From the NCBI GenBank assembly GCA_021813905.1, contig JAKAJH010000009.1, forward strand, positions 7,346 through 71,345: a stretch of DNA of 64,000 bases, given 5' to 3'. This DNA is from Bacteroidota bacterium (GTDB lineage Bacteria; Bacteroidota; Ignavibacteria; UBA10030). Position 1 is the first letter of the stretch, and the number at the start of each line of letters is the position of its first letter. The notes below the pieces were generated by a model that saw only the letters and a list, made by a program, of their open reading frames with translations, did no database searches and was not told the origin of the DNA. The position numbers and the translations under genes are program-made. Of this stretch, positions 59,253 to 64,000 are shown piece by piece.

Positions 59253-60293
59253 ATGGAAGCAGCGATCACGGCGATGTATCAGCGGTTGCACGAAAAGCTC
59301 CGGACGACGGTCCCCGACGCGGAGATCCGCATCAAAGCGAGACTCGCAGCAGAGATCAACCGCCTGAAACAGGAGCGGAACGCCGTCATTTTGGGGCACA
59401 ACTACATGGAGCCGGCGCTTTATCATTCAATCCCGGATTTCCAGGGTGACTCGCTCGAGCTCTGTCGCGAAGCGGCGAAGACTGATCGGGACATCATCGT
59501 GTTTTGCGGCGTCCGGTTCATGGCGGAAACGGCGAAGATCCTGAATCCCGAGCGAACGGTCCTGCTGCCGTCCCTTGAGGCGGGATGTTCGCTCGCCGGA
59601 AGCATCACGGCTGCAGACGTCCGGGCGTTGAAGATGCGGTATCCCGGCGTCCCGGTGGTGAGCTATGTGAACACCTACGCGGATGTGAAAGCGGAATCCA
59701 CGATCTGCTGCACGTCGGGAAATGCCGCTGCCGTGGTCGAGTCGTTGGGCACGGACACCGTGATCTTCCTTCCGGACGAGTTCCTCGCACGGAACGTTGC
59801 GCGGGAGACCGGACGGCACATCATCTTCCCGTCCGCGATGTCGCCTGCCCCCGCGGAGACCGAACTGGACGTGCAAATGATCGGCTGGCGCGGACGGTGC
59901 GAGGTGCATGAGCGGTTCACGACGCAGGATATCGCGAATGTTCGGGCTCAATTCCCCGATGCGGTGATCCTGGCGCATCCGGAATGCAGTCCCGAAGTGA
60001 CTGCGGCCTCGGATTTCTCCGGCAGCACCGGCGCCATGATCCGCTATGTGGAGCAGACGAAAGCGCCCCGCTATCTGCTGTTGACGGAATGTGCGATGGG
60101 GGACAATATCGCCGCAGCGAATCCCGACAAGGAAATGCTCCGACTCTGTTCCGTTCGCTGTCCGCATATGAACCAGATTACGCTCGAGGATACGCTCGAG
60201 TCGCTGCAGCACAATCGGCATATCATCGACCTGCCCGCGGACATCATCGAGCGGGCGGCCGCTGCGGTGGAACGAATGATCGCGGTCGGATGA
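59253..60293 (+). CDS. nadA: Quinolinate synthase A
   Basis: ILGHNY, GDSL.L, FCGVRFMAE, AGCSLA, YVNT, CEVH, AHPEC, CPHM; three Fe-S cysteines. Confidence 0.96.
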   Translation: MEAAITAMYQRLHEKLRTTVPDAEIRIKARLAAEINRLKQERNAVILGHNYMEPALYHSIPDFQGDSLELCREAAKTDRDIIVFCGVRFMAETAKILNPERTVLLPSLEAGCSLAGSITAADVRALKMRYPGVPVVSYVNTYADVKAESTICCTSGNAAAVVESLGTDTVIFLPDEFLARNVARETGRHIIFPSAMSPAPAETELDVQMIGWRGRCEVHERFTTQDIANVRAQFPDAVILAHPECSPEVTAASDFSGSTGAMIRYVEQTKAPRYLLLTECAMGDNIAAANPDKEMLRLCSVRCPHMNQITLEDTLESLQHNRHIIDLPADIIERAAAAVERMIAVG

Positions 60294-60312
60294 CCGGTCG
60301 CAGGACACTCCA

Positions 60313-61923
60313 TTGAAGCATCCGCACGTTCTGATCATCGGCTGTGGTGTGGCGGGGGCAACAACCGCGCTGCGGCTTTCGGAACAGCCGGGCGTTCGGG
60401 TGACGGTCGTGACCCGTGAGCCGGACGCGCTGGAGTCGAACACCCGCTATGCACAGGGCGGCATCACCACCGTGGCGGACGACGATCGGCCGGAAAACCT
60501 CATCCACGACATTCTGGAGGCGGGGGCGGGCGCAAGCTCACCGGCTGCGGCGAAGATCCTTGCGGAGGAAGGTCCGCTTCTTCTTGACCGGATCCTTCGC
60601 CGGAGCGCGGGCGTGGTGTTCGATCAGCACGCCGACGGGTCGCCGTACTACGGACAGGAAGCGGTCCATTCCCGGCCGCGCATTCTGCATGTGGGGGATC
60701 GGACGGGCGAAGCCATCATGCGCGGATTGCTCGCCGAGATGCACCGTCGGCCCAATGTGACGCTGCTGTCGAACGCGACAGTGGTGGACCTCCTGACCTT
60801 CCCGCACCATTCCCGCGACCCGCTTGCAACCTACGGAGCGATCACGTGCCATGGCGCGTATGTCTTTGACCGAACGCGACGCACGGTGGAGGCGATCGTG
60901 GCGGACCGCACGGTTCTGGCGACCGGCGGACTGGGGCGCATTTATCGGAACACGACCAATCCGCCCGGAGCACGGGGAGACGGGCTTGCGATGGCCCATC
61001 GGGCCGGCGCCCGCATCGTGAATACCGAGTACATTCAGTTTCACCCCACGGCGCTCGCCGTGCCGGGCGGGGAAGGATTCCTGATCAGCGAAGCGGTCCG
61101 GGGAGAAGGAGGGGTCCTGCTGACGCCGGATGGACGGGCGTTCATGGGGGACTATGCGCCGGACCGGAAGGATCTTGCCCCGCGTGACGTCGTGGCGCGG
61201 GCCATTCATCACGAGATGGAAAGCAACGGATACTCCCACGTGCTGCTGGATATCGGCTCGCACATGGATGCCGCCGGTATCCGCGAGCGCTTCCCGACAA
61301 TTTACGCGCGATGCCTCCAGCTGGGAATCGACATGACGCGGGAGCCGATCCCGGTCGTTCCCGCGGCGCACTACTCCTGCGGCGGCGTGTGGGTCGACGA
61401 ATGGGGACGCTCGAGCATCGGTCGGCTGTTTGCCGTCGGAGAGGTCAGTTGCACAGGGCTGCACGGCGCGAATCGTCTCGCGTCCACATCACTGCTGGAA
61501 GGTGTGGTGTGGGGAGATCGTGCGGCGCGAAATATCCTGGCATCGGTCGACGCGGAACCGGAATCGGTGATTAACGCGGCGGATATTCCACGCTGGGATG
61601 AACGGGGACTCGTCTCGGATGCCGATCCGGCGCTGATCCAGGGGGACATGCAGACGGTACAGAACATCATGTGGCACTATGTGGGACTGGTGCGGAACGA
61701 GGAGCGGCTGTCGAGGGCGATCCGCGAGTTGCGGCACCTGTGGACCGAGATCGAGATGTTCTATCGGACCACACGGCTCAGCGACGGCCTCATCGGACTT
61801 CGCAACGCGGTTGAAACCGCTTTGATCGTCGCACAGGCTGCGCGCCACAATCCCATCAATCGGGGATGTCACTTCCGGCAGGATTCGCGGGAAGAGACCG
61901 GCCGACAATCCCTCGCCCCGTAG
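60313..61923 (+). CDS. nadB: L-aspartate oxidase
   Basis: TTG start; IIGCGVAG, YAQGGI, ATGG, QFHPT, SEAVRGEG, LAPRDVVAR, AHYSCGG, GLHGANRLAS.SLLE; follows nadA. Confidence 0.95.
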   Translation: MKHPHVLIIGCGVAGATTALRLSEQPGVRVTVVTREPDALESNTRYAQGGITTVADDDRPENLIHDILEAGAGASSPAAAKILAEEGPLLLDRILRRSAGVVFDQHADGSPYYGQEAVHSRPRILHVGDRTGEAIMRGLLAEMHRRPNVTLLSNATVVDLLTFPHHSRDPLATYGAITCHGAYVFDRTRRTVEAIVADRTVLATGGLGRIYRNTTNPPGARGDGLAMAHRAGARIVNTEYIQFHPTALAVPGGEGFLISEAVRGEGGVLLTPDGRAFMGDYAPDRKDLAPRDVVARAIHHEMESNGYSHVLLDIGSHMDAAGIRERFPTIYARCLQLGIDMTREPIPVVPAAHYSCGGVWVDEWGRSSIGRLFAVGEVSCTGLHGANRLASTSLLEGVVWGDRAARNILASVDAEPESVINAADIPRWDERGLVSDADPALIQGDMQTVQNIMWHYVGLVRNEERLSRAIRELRHLWTEIEMFYRTTRLSDGLIGLRNAVETALIVAQAARHNPINRGCHFRQDSREETGRQSLAP

Positions 61924-61930
61924 ATTCCGT

Positions 61931-62830
61931 TCAGGGCTTTTCCCTCGCCGCGTTCGTATCGATGGTCACGCGCACGGTGTTGCCGTTGCCGAGAAATTCG
62001 AGTCCGAGCGACGACTGCACCATCGCGATGCCGCGACCGTGCGTATCGAAGGCCCGGCGTTCGTCGAACTCGAGATAGGTGGAGAAGTCGAATCCGTTCC
62101 CGCAGTCAGTGACCGTGACGACCATGACGTCTGCGGTGCGCTCGAGAGTCACGGTGACGTCCCTGTCGGCGTGTTCGGGAAGCGCGAGCCGTCGCCGGAC
62201 CTCGGCCTCCCAGGATCCCGATTCCAGCAGCACGGACTTCTCCGCGTAGGTGATGCCGAGGTTGCCGTGCTCGACGGCATTCAGCATGAGCTCACTGATG
62301 ACCATCGCGCGCTTCGGAGCGGGAGAGGAATTGGCGATCTGCAGCGCGAGCCGCTCGCCGTCTGCGATCGTCCGGTACCGGAATGTGCCGGACGTCAGGA
62401 GCGCAAAAGGATTCTGGCAGGCGGCGAGTTCATCGATCAATCGTTGCTTGTATGCATGGTCATTGAGAGCCGCGTGTACGATCGACAGAAGCAGCTTCGG
62501 CTGAACCGGCTTGGTCAGATAGTAGAACGCACCGGCGTCGATGCCCTCTTTGATGAAGGCAGGATCGGTCAGGCCGGTCTGTACGACAACGGGGATGTGG
62601 GCCGTGTCCTCCTGCACCTTCATCCAACGCAGCAGCTCGATGCCGGTCATGCGGGGCATGGACCAGTCGAGCAGCACGCAACCCACCTGCTCCCCGCGCT
62701 TCCGGAGCAACTCTTGGGCGTCGAGACCGTCGACGGCGAGAAGGGGAGAAAATCCTTCCTGCCCGAGGAATTCGGTAAGAAGGTTCTGCGCCACCGGATC
62801 ATCTTCCACCACGAGAATCGTCTTACTCAT
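61931..62830 (-). CDS. Receiver domain fused to RsbW-like HATPase domain
   Basis: ILVVEDD, LLDWSMP, YLTKP, then ELMLNAVEHGN, VTDCGNGFD, HGRGI, GN.V; no HisKA domain visible. Confidence 0.83.
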   Translation of the reverse strand: MSKTILVVEDDPVAQNLLTEFLGQEGFSPLLAVDGLDAQELLRKRGEQVGCVLLDWSMPRMTGIELLRWMKVQEDTAHIPVVVQTGLTDPAFIKEGIDAGAFYYLTKPVQPKLLLSIVHAALNDHAYKQRLIDELAACQNPFALLTSGTFRYRTIADGERLALQIANSSPAPKRAMVISELMLNAVEHGNLGITYAEKSVLLESGSWEAEVRRRLALPEHADRDVTVTLERTADVMVVTVTDCGNGFDFSTYLEFDERRAFDTHGRGIAMVQSSLGLEFLGNGNTVRVTIDTNAAREKP

Positions 62831-63008
62831 CACGAGTTCCCTCCGATCGTGCATCCCGCGGAAGATACACGCCGGAGGATGCAAAAGCAATCGGCGACAC
62901 CGTGCCTTGCCGTCTCGCCCGGCGCAACATGATCGGTCTGGGATGCGTATGCTAGAAGAATGTGCGGTCCAAGCGATCTCTCCCATCATTCACATCGCTG
63001 AGGGTAGT

Positions 63009-64000
63009 ATGATGACACGTCGAAGTTTCGGTCTGCTCGGCGTCGCGCTGGTGGCGCTTCTGATGACCACCGCGGAAGCGGCCGAGAAGGGATTTCAGGT
63101 CCCGGTCGAGTATGTCAAACTGGACAACGGCCTGAAGGTAGTGCTCTCGCCCGACCATACGGCGCCGACCGTCGTGGTCGCGGTCTATTACAATATCGGC
63201 TTTCGCATTGAGCCGAAGGATCGAACGGGATTTGCGCATCTCTTCGAGCACATGATGTTCCAGGGATCGGAGAACCTGGGGAAAATGGAGTTCATCCGTC
63301 TGGTGCAGCGCAACGGCGGCGTGCTGAACGGTTCAACGCGATTCGACTTCACAAACTACTTCGAGATTCTGCCGTCGAACAAGCTGGAGACGGCCCTCTG
63401 GGCCGAAGCGGACCGGATGAAGGGATTGAACATCACCCAGGAGAACCTGACGAACCAGCAGGGGGTGGTGATGAATGAAGTGCGGGTGAACGTGTTGAAT
63501 CAGCCGTATGGCGGATTCCCGTGGCTGGACATGCCGCAGGTGGCGAACAGCAACTGGTACAACGCGCACAATTTCTACGGGGATTTGAAGGACCTCGAGG
63601 CCGCGACGCTCGGAGATGTGCAGCAGTTCTTCCGGACGTACTATGCGCCGAATAATGCCGCGTTGGTGGTGGTCGGCGATTTCGATCCGCCGGAAGGTCT
63701 CGCGCTGGTGAAGAAGTACTTCGGCGGCATCCCGGCCGTAGCGCAGCCTCCGAAGCCCGATCTGACCGAGCCGCGCCAGGAGGCGGAGAAGCGGGTGACG
63801 AAAGTTGACACGCTGGCCAACCGGCCGGCGATCGCGATCGCGTATCATATGCCGGACCGGAACACTCCTGAGTACTACGCGATGGGGCTTCTGGATGAGA
63901 TCCTGTTGCAGGGAGACGACAGCCGGCTGCGTCAGCAGCTGGTGCAGAAGAAGGGATATACCGGGAGCGTGGACGGTGGGATCAACCTCCTGGGAAATAT
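63009..64000 (+). CDS. M16 (pitrilysin/insulinase) zinc peptidase, 3'-truncated by window edge; absent from ORF track
   Basis: MMTRRSFGLLGVALV...LDNGLKVV...TGFAHLFEHMMFQGS (HxxEH), NGSTRFDFTNY, YYAPNNA.LVVVGDF. Confidence 0.93.
   Translation, partial: MMTRRSFGLLGVALVALLMTTAEAAEKGFQVPVEYVKLDNGLKVVLSPDHTAPTVVVAVYYNIGFRIEPKDRTGFAHLFEHMMFQGSENLGKMEFIRLVQRNGGVLNGSTRFDFTNYFEILPSNKLETALWAEADRMKGLNITQENLTNQQGVVMNEVRVNVLNQPYGGFPWLDMPQVANSNWYNAHNFYGDLKDLEAATLGDVQQFFRTYYAPNNAALVVVGDFDPPEGLALVKKYFGGIPAVAQPPKPDLTEPRQEAEKRVTKVDTLANRPAIAIAYHMPDRNTPEYYAMGLLDEILLQGDDSRLRQQLVQKKGYTGSVDGGINLLGN

Noticed and set aside
1..64000. CRISPR arrays, IS elements, prophage or defence systems
   Set aside because: No regularly spaced repeats and no transposase, integrase, phage structural or defence-type proteins were recognised.

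Overview
A 64 kb stretch of GC-rich core chromosome. Gene content and order (type-2 ileS-DksA/TraR-lspA-rluD; rne-tal-gcvT-comB-ftsK-lolA; T9SS sorting-domain proteins; PorV-family barrel; DUF92-kinase fusion) suggest an Ignavibacteria-like member of the Bacteroidota/Chlorobi/Ignavibacteria (FCB) group; this is inference. It is almost entirely coding. I call 53 CDS, a tRNA-Ala(CGC), a small SRP RNA, several sigma70-like promoters, one sigma54 promoter and two terminators. I saw no CRISPR array, integrase, transposase or prophage. The most unusual blocks are: (1) a six-gene surface operon at 40.2-51.0 kb combining a non-SusC TonB-dependent receptor, its own PorV-family barrel, two lipoproteins and two secreted cargo proteins, one with duplicated OB-fold-like modules and one with a variant C-terminal sorting domain; (2) a two-gene unit at 16.9-18.0 kb encoding a Braun-lipoprotein-like coiled-coil lipoprotein and a LysM protein sharing a cysteine-bearing coiled-coil register, a candidate outer membrane-peptidoglycan tether; (3) a QrtT-like ECF importer appended to the pdhABC operon. 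A 59-aa ORF missed by the ORF track was also found. All protein family calls come from motif recognition by eye; no database searches were run.
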